Source of the DNA: a virus
Lineage: Duplodnaviria > Caudoviricetes
IMG/VR virus record: IMGVR_UViG_2914436621_000001
Span: 53,490 to 117,489 of that record
Length of the DNA stretch: 64,000 nt
Strand: one strand, 5' to 3'
Part shown: in pieces, positions 9,333-19,132 of the stretch
How positions within the stretch are numbered: position 1 is the first letter of the stretch
Layout: the number at the start of each line of letters is the position of its first letter
Notes under the pieces: generated by a model
Database searches by the model: none
What the model saw: only the letters and a program-made list of their open reading frames with translations
Told to the model about the DNA's origin: nothing
Position numbers and translations under genes: made by a program

Positions 9333-10491
9333 AGTCCTCACCCGCTCCCTTCAAGATGGCGTATTGATTGCCAATGTCATCAATCAGCGTGCAGTAAAGG
9401 CTGTGAGCCTTGGGCAGCGAGTAGGGGTAGGGCATTGGCAAGTTGGTCGTTTGCTCGTTTAGAGTCAATGCCTGTATATAGCCGATGCCCCCGGCCAGCC
9501 GCAGTGCGTACTCCACCTCTTTGTGAATCACACTGCTGCCTGTAGAGAACTTAGTTGGCGCAAGATAATCTTGGTACGCTTCCCAGAGGCGTTGCGCCAC
9601 ATCGGTTGGATCTTCTCCAACTCCAAGCTTTGCGACCAAATCTGCATCAACGTTGACTAGGTCGATCGAGCTGACATAGAGCGACGTGCCGATCTGCGTT
9701 CTAGGGGCGATCGCTTCATAAACCTGGCTCAACTGAGCAGAATTTGCCGCCTCTCCACTCTGGTTGAGCATAAACAAATGAACTGCCCCAAGCTGGTAGC
9801 TGATCTTGTCTCCCGATAGGAGTCCGATCGCTTTTACAACTGAGCCTTCCCCTAGAACAGCTTTGGCTTCCTGCTCATAGTCATCCGCTGTGACAATGTT
9901 GCGACGGCGAATGGCATTCAACCCACGGGCGATCGCACTCTCTTGAGACTCCTCATCCGTTCCTCCAGCGGCGGCTTCCAGATTGATGACCGAGGCCAGA
10001 TAGGTCAACGGCTGGGTGAAGCGGGTGATGGTGTAGGCAGGCAGGTTGCTTGTTGTGCCGATCGCCTCTGCTGTAGCTGGTACCGTGCCGCTAATTCCAC
10101 CAGGTGGGATGGTGAGCAGGGCATTGGTTGTAAAAGTAACGCGGTTGCTGCTATCAGCGACCTGAAACCCCTGAGGAATCGTATAGGGTGTCGATAGAGG
10201 CTGAGCCAGGGTGAAGGTGACATTGACAGTTGCTTTGGTTCCTAGACGACGTTCAACGCCTGCATTCCTCAAAAACGCAATGAGCAGGGCTGCGGGCAGT
10301 TTGTTGACATGCCACAACATCTCGGCGGCACAAAATCCCATCCCCTCAACAAAGACCCTCACCACGCTGCTGGTAGAGAAGTCGTTGAGCTTTCTCTCGC
10401 TGGCGTTATAGGTTCTGACTAGCGATTGTTCTACAAGCTGGCGCTCATTCCTCGGATCTAGAACCGGGTATTCAAGTGGCTGGCTATCCAT
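9325..10491 (-). CDS. Baseplate J/gp47-like protein
   Basis: AAAGGTDEES...RRRNIVTADDYE motif. Confidence 0.9.
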   Translation of the reverse strand: MDSQPLEYPVLDPRNERQLVEQSLVRTYNASERKLNDFSTSSVVRVFVEGMGFCAAEMLWHVNKLPAALLIAFLRNAGVERRLGTKATVNVTFTLAQPLSTPYTIPQGFQVADSSNRVTFTTNALLTIPPGGISGTVPATAEAIGTTSNLPAYTITRFTQPLTYLASVINLEAAAGGTDEESQESAIARGLNAIRRRNIVTADDYEQEAKAVLGEGSVVKAIGLLSGDKISYQLGAVHLFMLNQSGEAANSAQLSQVYEAIAPRTQIGTSLYVSSIDLVNVDADLVAKLGVGEDPTDVAQRLWEAYQDYLAPTKFSTGSSVIHKEVEYALRLAGGIGYIQALTLNEQTTNLPMPYPYSLPKAHSLYCTLIDDIGNQYAILKGAGEDYV

Positions 10492-10504
10492 GTTCTAGGG
10501 GAAG

Positions 10505-10873
10505 CTAATTGGCTAGTTGAAAGTTGAGTGGTGGCTGGGGTAAACCGTTCACAGTCCAGTAGATAGAGACGATCGCCGCCCCGTTTTCACCAATTCGACC
10601 AGTCACGTTGAACTCGATGTTAGAAACTTCTCGCTCTAGTGCCTGTCTAACGGTTTGTGCCGTCAGGTGAACATCAGGAACTGCATTAAACAGCAGGTCG
10701 GGGGTGCCGTACTGCGGCTGCATGATCCGTTCTAGGGGTTCTGTCTCCAAAACGGAGAGGATGTGGCAGCGAGTCAGCTCCACATCTTCTGCTAGTTTCA
10801 GCGTTCCATTTTCGATTTGAAGCGGGTATGCAATGCCCCGTTGAGTTGCCACAAATGAATCCAAGCCCTTCAC
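10505..10873 (-). CDS. Baseplate gpW/gp25-like protein
   Basis: ILSVLETEPLERIMQPQYG motif of gp25 family. Confidence 0.85.
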   Translation of the reverse strand: MKGLDSFVATQRGIAYPLQIENGTLKLAEDVELTRCHILSVLETEPLERIMQPQYGTPDLLFNAVPDVHLTAQTVRQALEREVSNIEFNVTGRIGENGAAIVSIYWTVNGLPQPPLNFQLAN

Positions 10874-10890
10874 CTATAGGCTTTGTCCAG

Positions 10891-11568
10891 TCAATCTTTC
10901 AAAAAGAGTTCTCGTTCTGCGTTCCGCCGACGAACCAGGCCAGGCAGAATACGTCCGCCAGCTTTGTTCCAGGCACGGAACTGGTCAGCGGCTGACTGAT
11001 ATTGCTTTTGGTTTAGCAGTCGTAAAAGGGTCGATCGCTCCAGTGCCCCAACCCCCACGTTGAAGGCAAAGCTGACCAGCGCTGCGAACTGATTGCCTGT
11101 CAGCTTGACATTAACCAGTCGCTCGACGGCACGTTCAAACCGCTCCAAATCTGCACGGAGTAATGCCTCAGCTTCGGTTTGGGTGATGGTCATGCCCATT
11201 TTGACCCCTTTTGTTGAGCCATACCCGATTGTGGGCACTCCCGCAGGGCATTTGTATGCCGCCAGCCTGCACCCTTCAAATTCTTTGATCAGGCTCAAAC
11301 CAGCCTGATTGATTTGGCGTGATTTGGGGGCGATCGCTTCAACGGGCTTGCCATCAACCTCAACATGCCTACCAAACACGATCCACTCATGTCGCCCCAG
11401 AAGCGGAGTGAGCAGTACCACGCGTAAGTGCCCGTTATCGGTTGGTTCAAAGGAGTGAATTTGAAACACATCGCCTCTGGCGACAAAGACTTTCTGATCT
11501 GGGGCAAGTTGAGAGGCTTGATCCGTGGAAAATTTAAACGCTGTAGGTTCTGTGGTCTTGAGTTGCAT
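10891..11568 (-). CDS. GH24 (T4-type) lysozyme / endolysin with N-terminal accessory domain
   Basis: IKEFEGCRLAAYKCPAGVPTIGYGST, NQFAALVSFAFNVG, GLVRRRNAERELF. Confidence 0.92.
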   Translation of the reverse strand: MQLKTTEPTAFKFSTDQASQLAPDQKVFVARGDVFQIHSFEPTDNGHLRVVLLTPLLGRHEWIVFGRHVEVDGKPVEAIAPKSRQINQAGLSLIKEFEGCRLAAYKCPAGVPTIGYGSTKGVKMGMTITQTEAEALLRADLERFERAVERLVNVKLTGNQFAALVSFAFNVGVGALERSTLLRLLNQKQYQSAADQFRAWNKAGGRILPGLVRRRNAERELFLKD

Positions 11569-11607
11569 TGTTGAGCATGAAATGAGGTCTCAACAATGGG
11601 GTTTGTC

Positions 11608-11922
11608 CTATAAGATTTTGTTCATCTTGCGTTTATCCAAATCTTGAATTGCAGCCCAAAGTGTTGCGATCGCCCCCTCAATTTGGGTCAGCCGAGTGGA
11701 TAATGTGCTGATTTGAGTGCTTAGTGTGGCGATCTGAGCTGTTGTTGGTGAATCCGATGGTGAAGCGCTCATCAATCTCACTATCAGGTGAGAGAATGCC
11801 TGTTCACTTGGTGTTTTGCTGATTCCATCCTCCCACTGCTGCGATTTCAGCGCGGCAACATCAGCGGTCGATAGCGCTCCTTTCTGGACAAATTTATCTG
11901 TGTATTTCGTGCGAATCATCAA
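11608..11922 (-). CDS. Hypothetical coiled-coil protein
   Basis: Overlaps spike gene stop; heptad-like C-terminus. Confidence 0.55.
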   Translation of the reverse strand: MMIRTKYTDKFVQKGALSTADVAALKSQQWEDGISKTPSEQAFSHLIVRLMSASPSDSPTTAQIATLSTQISTLSTRLTQIEGAIATLWAAIQDLDKRKMNKIL

Positions 11923-12512
11923 TATCCTCTCGTTTCCAAAACGTCCCCATCGGAATCAACTGCGCCAATCGTGGCAACATCCTTGCCGTTGATGGTGACA
12001 CCGCTACTGGTCAGCTCTAGGGTGTACCCTCCAACTTGAAGCTTGATGCGCTCTCCTGCTTTGATAGTCAGGCTTTTCCCTACCTCAATGGTTTGAGTTT
12101 CACCCACCGTGAGAATGTCATCTTTGCCGATTTTGAGGACGCGATCGCCTTCAATCGTCCGAGCATCATCATTGATTGGATCGTCACTCTCGCGTTCAGG
12201 GTTGGGTAGGTTGGTGATCACCCCCCCGTAAATCCCTTGATGTGGGTCTCCATTGATGAAGCGGACTTCAACTGTCATTCCTGGTTTAGGTATCTGCGGA
12301 TCGTCGCTATGGCTATTGGTCGATCGCCATAGCCAGTCCGTTTCAACCTTGCCCCCGGTATGCTGAAGGGTGCATTTGATGCGCCGTTTCCCCAATGGAT
12401 CATCATTGCGGGTGACAATACCTAAATAGGTGAATGGGAGCCGCCCTTTCAGGTCGTTGGCAATCTGGCTGGCTTGTTTGCCTGATCGCAGCAGTTTAAA
12501 GATTTCACTCAT
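11919..12512 (-). CDS. Baseplate spike (gpV/gp5 OB-fold)
   Basis: GIVTRNDDPLGKRRIK...P.PGMTVEVRFINGDP..GIY OB-fold motif, beta-helix-like repeats. Confidence 0.85.
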   Translation of the reverse strand: MSEIFKLLRSGKQASQIANDLKGRLPFTYLGIVTRNDDPLGKRRIKCTLQHTGGKVETDWLWRSTNSHSDDPQIPKPGMTVEVRFINGDPHQGIYGGVITNLPNPERESDDPINDDARTIEGDRVLKIGKDDILTVGETQTIEVGKSLTIKAGERIKLQVGGYTLELTSSGVTINGKDVATIGAVDSDGDVLETRGY

Positions 12513-12541
12513 GTTCTGGGGGAGGATTGATGGCTGAGTGG

Positions 12542-14746
12542 CTAGCACTTGAGGCGATAAAAGCGGCCTTGAACCCTGTAATAACGGTTCATTTCAGAGT
12601 TTGGCGCGACCCAAGCAAAGCGGGCGCGGCTGGATGAGTTGGAGATAACCTGCGTCGCACCTGATGCCAGCACAATGCCGATGTGAGAGCCACCGTTGCC
12701 CTTCCAGACGACGATGTCTCCAGGCAGAGAAGCAGCTTCTGCTACTTGCGTTCCGCCGCCATTTTGCAAGCCTGCTTCCGCCGCCGCCACAGCATCAGAG
12801 CCGCCCCAGGGATTGCTGATTCCAGCACGCTCTAAAACGCGGTTCACGGCATAGACGCACGCTATGTTGCCATTGCCTGGGCCATTGGCCGTGCTGAATC
12901 CTTGCATTGATATTGCTGCCTGATAAAGGCGTTGAGCGCAGGGGCTGGCTGGATCAACCGTTCCACCTGCTCCAGCTTCACCGATCGCCTCTCCGATTTT
13001 GGGTGCCATTGGCGCGTAGAAGCGAATGCTGGATTTGAGACCTCCCTGCTGGTAGTCATGGCTGACGGTTTCGATCGCCCATGCTCGGTTCAAGAAATCA
13101 GCATGATGTCCCGCTGTGATAAACGGTGTGTCGGGTGTGAGTAGCAAAGCAGCAGGGGTGGTGGTAAACGTCGCTGAACCGGGAAACCCTTTGACTCGCA
13201 GCGCCGCATCTCGATTTGCACCATCGGCAACGTCGGTTTCTCCAGTTGTTCTAGGGGATAGGGGAGGCGTTGCGGCTCCGGTAGTAGCAACCGTTCCTGC
13301 TGTGGCAGTGCCCGTTGCTCCCTGATTTTCGGGTTGCTCTTCGTTGATCTGCCCCGTAAGCGGGTCAATCGTTGTTTTCAGCTCTCCGCTTGTGCTGGCG
13401 GTCGTTGGTTGTGAAGCGATCGCCCCTCCGCCCTGATCGGTTTGCGCCTGGTCGTTCACCTCGAACGAGTCCATGTTGACTCCGTATTCCAGCACAAACC
13501 CCAATGGACGGTTTTTGCGGGGTTCAATGCAAAGCTTCGGCCCCTCATCGTAAATGCGGTATCCAATACGATCGCACTCCCGCCGCAGCAGTGCGTAGTC
13601 TGAAATACCGGTTTGATCCAAATGCTCGTAAGTGGGGCCGTCCGCTTCCATCTGGAGTGTTAGACCATAAGCGTTAGCTACCCGCTGCGCGAGCTGCTTT
13701 AAAGTGAGGTTTTGATAGGTTGAGTTCTTCAGTCGCCGCGTCATTGTCCAGCGAACGCTCTGCCCCTCAAAGGTTGTGGTACTGAGATCCATCCCTTTGA
13801 ATCGGGTGCCCGTGTGAATGAACGAAAACTCAGCTAGTTGGTCGGGTTCATAGCCCATCCAAATCGTGATTTGTGCCCCCTTGTCGGCAATTTCTATCAG
13901 GGTCGGTGCTTCTGTTGTTGGGGGTTGAGCGGGTGGCGATGTAGGCTGGCCTTGCATCAGCCCATCAATTTGCCCCAACCATTGCTGAGCATAGCCAGCA
14001 ATCAAATCCGCGCGATCGGTGCCGTTCACCACCCGCCGAGCATTACGAAAGTCGCGTCGATTCCCGCCCACATAACGATCGAGCCTTGCGCCAGTAAAGA
14101 CGCCGTTGCTCATTCCATGAACAAGGGTGTACAGAGCGATATCGGGGTCTGCTGCTCTTGTCGGATTGGAAACCAGGTCAACTCCGGTCAGTTCGCTATA
14201 GCGGGTATAGTTGCGCCGTCCGGTGATCTGCACATAGCCTCGCCCTTTAAAGCGTTGCCCATCTCCAGGCTGGGTGTTACCCAGATCGTTAACCCTTCCC
14301 TCATACGCAGCACCGCTGGCAATCTCCGTCATGAGTTGCCCCATGTTGGATTCGTGTTGAGCCGTTGCCAGAATGTAGGCAATCTGAGCGCGATCGGTTA
14401 CCCCTTGGCGCAAGCATTCGCCGACGATGGCCTTTGCTGTAGCATCGCTGTTACCTCCGCCAAAGCCCGACAAACCCGCTACTGCACCCTGGTTCACGGG
14501 TGAGGGAAGCCCGGTCAACCCACCCTGATTAAAGGAAGCAGTCATATACTGATCTGCCCATTTCTGGAGCGGATCGTAAATCTCGAAATTGCAACGGCTC
14601 GATCGCTCTCCCTCTCCCAAGCTCACGCTGGCTGCCATCAAATAGCCATCGCCACTGGAGAACAGATCATTGCCAATTTTGCATTTAACGAATGGGCAAA
14701 TTAGCCGCAGCCCTGCGGCATTGTTGAGGCTCTGAAGTTGTGGCAT
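12542..14746 (-). CDS. Baseplate hub (gpD/late control D-like) with inserted GH19-like lysozyme and C-terminal NlpC/P60-CHAP-like domain
   Basis: AYILATAQHES, LGNTQPGDGQRFKGRGYVQITGRRNY (GH19-like); QTGISDYALLRREC and WAIETVSHDY (gpD); CVYAVNRVL...PGDIVVW...HIGIV (Cys-His amidase). Confidence 0.8.
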   Translation of the reverse strand: MPQLQSLNNAAGLRLICPFVKCKIGNDLFSSGDGYLMAASVSLGEGERSSRCNFEIYDPLQKWADQYMTASFNQGGLTGLPSPVNQGAVAGLSGFGGGNSDATAKAIVGECLRQGVTDRAQIAYILATAQHESNMGQLMTEIASGAAYEGRVNDLGNTQPGDGQRFKGRGYVQITGRRNYTRYSELTGVDLVSNPTRAADPDIALYTLVHGMSNGVFTGARLDRYVGGNRRDFRNARRVVNGTDRADLIAGYAQQWLGQIDGLMQGQPTSPPAQPPTTEAPTLIEIADKGAQITIWMGYEPDQLAEFSFIHTGTRFKGMDLSTTTFEGQSVRWTMTRRLKNSTYQNLTLKQLAQRVANAYGLTLQMEADGPTYEHLDQTGISDYALLRRECDRIGYRIYDEGPKLCIEPRKNRPLGFVLEYGVNMDSFEVNDQAQTDQGGGAIASQPTTASTSGELKTTIDPLTGQINEEQPENQGATGTATAGTVATTGAATPPLSPRTTGETDVADGANRDAALRVKGFPGSATFTTTPAALLLTPDTPFITAGHHADFLNRAWAIETVSHDYQQGGLKSSIRFYAPMAPKIGEAIGEAGAGGTVDPASPCAQRLYQAAISMQGFSTANGPGNGNIACVYAVNRVLERAGISNPWGGSDAVAAAEAGLQNGGGTQVAEAASLPGDIVVWKGNGGSHIGIVLASGATQVISNSSSRARFAWVAPNSEMNRYYRVQGRFYRLKC

Positions 14747-14765
14747 GGCTTAGGTTTGGAGCGCC

Positions 14766-15056
14766 CTAATACAAAAAGCTAATTAACTTGATGGCCTGGT
14801 TGAGGCTTTGCCCATTCACGCCACGGGCGAGGCTGCTCAAATCTGCTTCCCCTAGAACAGATCCAATGCGATCGCGTGCCAATCGTTCAATATCTTGCAC
14901 TGACGGGATTTGCAGCTCGGTGCCGATGGGGATGTTAGAGAAGATGTCTATGCTGTTCAGATCTGCCAAATCACGCCAACGATCGACGATACCCAGTTCC
15001 CGATGGGCGATCGTTGCCAAGCTTTCTCCCAGTTCAAATCTCGCAGAACGCGCCAT
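14766..15056 (-). CDS. LysM / tail-X-like baseplate protein
   Basis: GESLATIAHRELG...WRDLADLN...GTELQIP. Confidence 0.85.
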   Translation of the reverse strand: MARSARFELGESLATIAHRELGIVDRWRDLADLNSIDIFSNIPIGTELQIPSVQDIERLARDRIGSVLGEADLSSLARGVNGQSLNQAIKLISFLY

Positions 15057-15342
15057 ATACCCACTTCGTTATTAAGCCAACTCCGCCTTTAAACTCAATC
15101 ATTTGGGGATTGACCCCATGCTTTCTAGCTATGGCGATCGCCGCATCCGGGTCAACAGCCAGAAACTCTATTCCATAAATCAGTCCGTACTCAGTTCCTA
15201 CGATTTCAAGGGTGTGACGAAATGGCAGCGGGCGTGGAATTCGCTCGCACCATAGACGCACCTTAGTCAAGCGATTGCTCGCTAACATCGAACGTGCGCC
15301 CGTCCCATGTGCCAACTGTGCCAATTGCCTCTCCCTGCTCAT
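15034..15342 (-). CDS. Small hypothetical protein (true start probably near 15261)
   Basis: Fills the gap between LysM and tube-initiator genes in the operon orientation. Confidence 0.4.
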   Translation of the reverse strand: MSRERQLAQLAHGTGARSMLASNRLTKVRLWCERIPRPLPFRHTLEIVGTEYGLIYGIEFLAVDPDAAIAIARKHGVNPQMIEFKGGVGLITKWVYGAFCEI

Positions 15343-16060
15343 CTGTGATTCTCACAGCCCCCGTCTCCCGGTCGCTCGAAAATCGATAACGGCTTGCCCT
15401 GATCCGATCTTGTAGCGCAGCCGGTAGTTTACTGAGGTTGGCCTGTAGCCAGTTTCGCGCCTCGGCTCCGGCCTCTTCGAGTTGGCGATCGGTCAAAGGG
15501 CTTGCTAACTTCTCGCCGTCACCCTCTGGTTCTGGCCGTGAGGGAGGACGCTCTTTAGGAATTTCGACCAGGGTTAGTGAAAGCCGAATGCTGGCAGGCT
15601 GTCCGTCACTAAGCCATGCTGACTCTCGCCGTTTGATGCTGGTCAGAACACATGGTCCAAACTGCCTTGAACCCCACACAAAGTAGAGTACCGGTGGGTT
15701 GAGGTTTTGAGACTGGTAGTCACGCGAAAGGAGCGATCGCAACTTGTTGATGATGGGTTGCAGGCTGCGGCGGGCAAACCAGGTCTCCAGCAGCAGGTCA
15801 TTGAGTTGCAAGGTTTCCCCGTCGGTGTAATACCACTGCTGATCCTGCACGTTCGTCGCGGCGGCGGTTGCCTTGGAGTACACCGCCTGCTGGTCAAAGT
15901 TCAGCTCCTCAGGATTGGCAAGGAAGGTGAACGACGTTTGCTCACCCTGACCCGTGCCAGTAAGTTGTGATTCCAGAATCAGCGATGCCCAGATGCGATC
16001 GCCACTTTTAGGAACCTCAGGCAACTCCCCTAGAACAGCCGGATTGTTAAATGAGGTCAT
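15263..16060 (-). CDS. Tail tube initiator (CIS-tube/gpU-like)
   Basis: FLANPEEL...PPVLYFVWG..QFGPCVLTSI...GQP..IRLSLTLVE, typical of contractile-tail tube initiators; follows TMP. Confidence 0.75.
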   Translation of the reverse strand: MTSFNNPAVLGELPEVPKSGDRIWASLILESQLTGTGQGEQTSFTFLANPEELNFDQQAVYSKATAAATNVQDQQWYYTDGETLQLNDLLLETWFARRSLQPIINKLRSLLSRDYQSQNLNPPVLYFVWGSRQFGPCVLTSIKRRESAWLSDGQPASIRLSLTLVEIPKERPPSRPEPEGDGEKLASPLTDRQLEEAGAEARNWLQANLSKLPAALQDRIRASRYRFSSDRETGAVRITDEQGEAIGTVGTWDGRTFDVSEQSLD

Positions 16061-18369
16061 GTTAGGAACCCGGCCTCATACGCTTGATATTGCTCGTCCA
16101 TCCGCGCCATCAGCCGATCGAGTAAAGAGTCCATATTCTCTCCAGGCTGCTGGTAGAGATTGATTTGCGGAGCGAACGTGCCACCTCCACGACCGCCCAT
16201 TGATGCGGCAACTGCCCGTTGCTGACCCTGGTTCAAAATCGCTTCCGAGCTGTTGGCAACGACTAAGCGAGAGCCGCTAGGCATCCGGCGCGTTTCGGCG
16301 ATCGCTGCACCCAGCAAGCTACCTAAAGAGCCGCCTGCTGCATTTCCGGCTACGCCTGCAATGGGAACCCCTCCGCCAAAGAGACCTCCCGCCACTGGAA
16401 TGCGAGACATAAACCCGCCAATCGCGGCCGAAGCGCCCCCTACTCCAGACTGAATGCCCTTGGTGAGATTTCCAATTAGATCTGCCCCAGCCTGGAACAT
16501 ACGAGAGCCAACGTTTTGAATGGTGGCAAGGATGCTGTCTCCCATCGCTGTGACCGTCGAGATAACCCCTTCGATCGCTGAGACGACAGCCGCTTTTGTC
16601 TCCAGCCAGGTCATGCGAATGTCTAGTCCCAGGTTGACAAACAGCATCTTGATGCTCGTTACCCAACTGCCAGCGATCGCCCCAATCGAGGTGAAAATCA
16701 TGCGAATATTTAGCCCTACATCGACAAACATCATTTTGATGTTCGTTATCCAACTGCCAGCGATCGCCCCAATCGAGGTGAAAATCTGAGTCAAATGGCC
16801 GGGAAGGTGAACGACTGAGCCGATAACAGAAGCAGCCATCAACCCGAATGCCTCCCCAATATTTCTGGCACCGGCTGCCGCTTCACCCTGCCCAAACCAA
16901 CTGCTGATCATTTGCAGAGTCTGCTGAATCTGCTCACCAGACCAGACGATCAGCGGCATCATTTCCGTGATGATTGGCTCAACTCCAGTCTTGAAGCCTT
17001 CAGCAAAGCCAGTAAAGAATTCTTTTATGGTGGCCCAGTTTTTGTAGATGACGACTCCGATCGCGGCAATTGCGCCTAGCCCCAACAGGATGGGGGCAAA
17101 CGAAATGCCTGCAACGAATCCAACCACGGTTGTGAGGGCTGGCAACAGTGGCGTAATGGCGGCAACTGCCAGCGTTGCACTGCCCACGAATGTTAGAACT
17201 CCCCCAGCAACAGCGGCGATCGCCGCTGCCATGCGAGTGACGCCAGGATGTTCAGCGGCAAAACTGGCAATTCCCTGCACCAACGGCACAAATGTGCCCA
17301 CTAGAGAGTTCATGCTGGGGAGCAGTGCTCTGCCGACGTGGATTTGAATTTCCTGAAATGCATTCCTTAGCTGGGCGATGCCGTTGGCGGATGTTCCCAC
17401 CCGTGCTTCAAATTCGGCCTGCATCGAGCCTGCGTACTGCGACTCATCTGCAACCATTTCCAGCGCTTTGGTTAAGCCGGTAGCATCGTTGGCTAATGTT
17501 GCCATCACCCGCGCATCACCCCCATCGCCAAACAAGCGATTGATGGCAGATGCTCTCATGGTTGGTTCCAACCGATTGAGCTGCTGAGTCAGTAGAACGA
17601 TCGCTCCGGCTGCATCCTGCTGTACTGCCTGTTCCATACCTGCCGCAGAGATGCCGATATCATCCAGCGCTGCCTGGAATTTGGGCATCTGGCTGGTGGC
17701 GGTTTGCAATTTGGGCAACATGCTGGAGATCGCTGTTGCAGCAACTTCTGGGGCGTTCCCCAACGCAATAATTGAGCTGGAGAGCGCCGCAGATTCGGTG
17801 CTGCTCAGGCCAAACGATCGCGCCACACCCCCGATCCGGGTCATCGTGTTGACGATGTCCGCTGCCGTGGAGGCGCTGTTGTTGCTCAGGTGGTTGATTG
17901 CGTCTGCAACGGTTCCCGCTCCGTCAACCGAGAGTGAGAACACGTTCATCAGTTTGGCGGTAGACTCACCCGCCTGCCCTGCTGCCATATCAAAGGCAAT
18001 GCCCATTTTGGCAGTCTGCTCGGTGAAGGCAGTGATGTCACCCGCTGCGATGCCGAGTTGTCCGCCTGATGCCGCGATGTTAGCCAGATCAACCGCTGTA
18101 TTGGGAATCGTGCGGCTGAGTTTGAGTAAGGCGTCATCGACTTTATACGCCTGAACTTCCTCAACCCCTAGAACCTTGTTAACATCTGCCATTGCAGACT
18201 CAAAGGTCATAGCAGCATTGGCTGACATCCCCAGCGCCGCACTAATTGTTGCGCCAATTCCTGTGGTAACGGCCCCCAGCCCAACGAACTTGCCAGTGGC
18301 TTCTTTAAGAGCAGGAGTCAGCTCGTCGATCGCATCCAGGATGACGGTGACACGGTTGGTTCTAGCCAT
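16057..18369 (-). CDS. Tape measure protein (TP901-type)
   Basis: 770 aa Ala/Gly-rich; FESAMADVNKV, IAASGGQLG, DAINHLSNN motifs; TM-like segments. Confidence 0.93.
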   Translation of the reverse strand: MARTNRVTVILDAIDELTPALKEATGKFVGLGAVTTGIGATISAALGMSANAAMTFESAMADVNKVLGVEEVQAYKVDDALLKLSRTIPNTAVDLANIAASGGQLGIAAGDITAFTEQTAKMGIAFDMAAGQAGESTAKLMNVFSLSVDGAGTVADAINHLSNNSASTAADIVNTMTRIGGVARSFGLSSTESAALSSSIIALGNAPEVAATAISSMLPKLQTATSQMPKFQAALDDIGISAAGMEQAVQQDAAGAIVLLTQQLNRLEPTMRASAINRLFGDGGDARVMATLANDATGLTKALEMVADESQYAGSMQAEFEARVGTSANGIAQLRNAFQEIQIHVGRALLPSMNSLVGTFVPLVQGIASFAAEHPGVTRMAAAIAAVAGGVLTFVGSATLAVAAITPLLPALTTVVGFVAGISFAPILLGLGAIAAIGVVIYKNWATIKEFFTGFAEGFKTGVEPIITEMMPLIVWSGEQIQQTLQMISSWFGQGEAAAGARNIGEAFGLMAASVIGSVVHLPGHLTQIFTSIGAIAGSWITNIKMMFVDVGLNIRMIFTSIGAIAGSWVTSIKMLFVNLGLDIRMTWLETKAAVVSAIEGVISTVTAMGDSILATIQNVGSRMFQAGADLIGNLTKGIQSGVGGASAAIGGFMSRIPVAGGLFGGGVPIAGVAGNAAGGSLGSLLGAAIAETRRMPSGSRLVVANSSEAILNQGQQRAVAASMGGRGGGTFAPQINLYQQPGENMDSLLDRLMARMDEQYQAYEAGFLT
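16610..16790 (-). repeat. 87-bp (29 aa) tandem duplication within TMP
   Basis: IFTSIGAIAGSWITNIKMMFVDVGLNIRM / IFTSIGAIAGSWVTSIKMLFVNLGLDIRM; shared CAACTGCCAGCGATCGCCCCAATCGAGGTGAAAATC. Confidence 0.85.
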
Positions 18370-18603
18370 TAGCTATCCTTCTTTTCCTGGTGGAACTCCA
18401 GCCAGGTCTCAAATAGGTACAAAACTTCAGCAAGGGGCTTACGCTGAGCCTCAGAAAAGAAGCTGTTGTAATGCCCTCCACACATGGCTAGAACTGCTTT
18501 TGTCAGCTCACCGACCCGAAATACGCGTCCTTGCAGAGCAAAGACCGGATCAGACTCCGTAAAGCTGTCCGAGCTGGGTAACCGAATCGAAAAACCGAAA
18601 AAA
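18369..18603 (-). CDS. Frameshift extension of tail assembly chaperone (gpGT-like, +1/-2 frame)
   Basis: Frame open from TTTTTTC (18603-18597) to TAA at 18371-18369, overlapping the TMP ATG; product ends ...RKPLAEVLYLFETWLEFHQEKKDS. Confidence 0.65.
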
Positions 18604-18960
18604 GTCCAGGGCTGCCTTGTAGCGTCGCTGGTTTGGAACCAGTTTTGACAGCGGCATTGAAGTTAAATCTTTGTAGGTGATGCCAGGGCGATCGCCATGC
18701 TGCACGCACAAGATTTCGACCGCCTTGTAGATCAAGGCATTCATCCCGGTACTTTCTTCTCGTTGCTGCCGCTGAAGTACGAACGATTCGATTCGGGTGA
18801 CGTCTTCTCCCGTCGGCTCACGAAATACACATTCTTGCCCGTCTTCCAGGAAGAAGGCGATCGAGCCGTCATCGTTCACAGAAATTTCCATCGTTGCTGA
18901 TTGCTGAGGAGTAGCGATCGCATCAGCAGTGCCGTTGGTTTCAACTGGTTTAACTTTCAT
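18550..18960 (-). CDS. Tail assembly chaperone
   Basis: Between tube and TMP; FREPTGED motif; slippery T-run near 3' end. Confidence 0.8.
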   Translation of the reverse strand: MKVKPVETNGTADAIATPQQSATMEISVNDDGSIAFFLEDGQECVFREPTGEDVTRIESFVLQRQQREESTGMNALIYKAVEILCVQHGDRPGITYKDLTSMPLSKLVPNQRRYKAALDFFRFFDSVTQLGQLYGV

Positions 18961-19045
18961 AGATTTCTGAGGGCAGAGGTGGCAGGTAAGAGCGATCGGT
19001 CTGCCACATCACGCGATCGCCCTCAACTATGGGAAACGTCCAATA

Positions 19046-19080
19046 AAAAAATCCCCGCAGTTCTGGCTGCGGGGATTTTT
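19046..19080. terminator. Bidirectional intrinsic terminator-like hairpin
   Basis: AAAAAATCCCCGCAG-TTCTGG-CTGCGGGGATTTTT. Confidence 0.75.
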
Positions 19081-19132
19081 AGGGTTCTGAAGTTCCCTGC
19101 TACAATGCCTTTGCGAGTTTGCGGGGATTTAT

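Noticed and set aside
13838-18562. Long + strand ORFs opposite hub and TMP (13838-14503, 17651-18154, 18176-18562)
   Set aside because: Antisense to well-supported structural genes with no recognisable motifs.
18503-18709. -1 frame as the chaperone extension
   Set aside because: Stops at 18503, leaving a gap before the TMP, whereas the +1/-2 frame reaches the TMP start.
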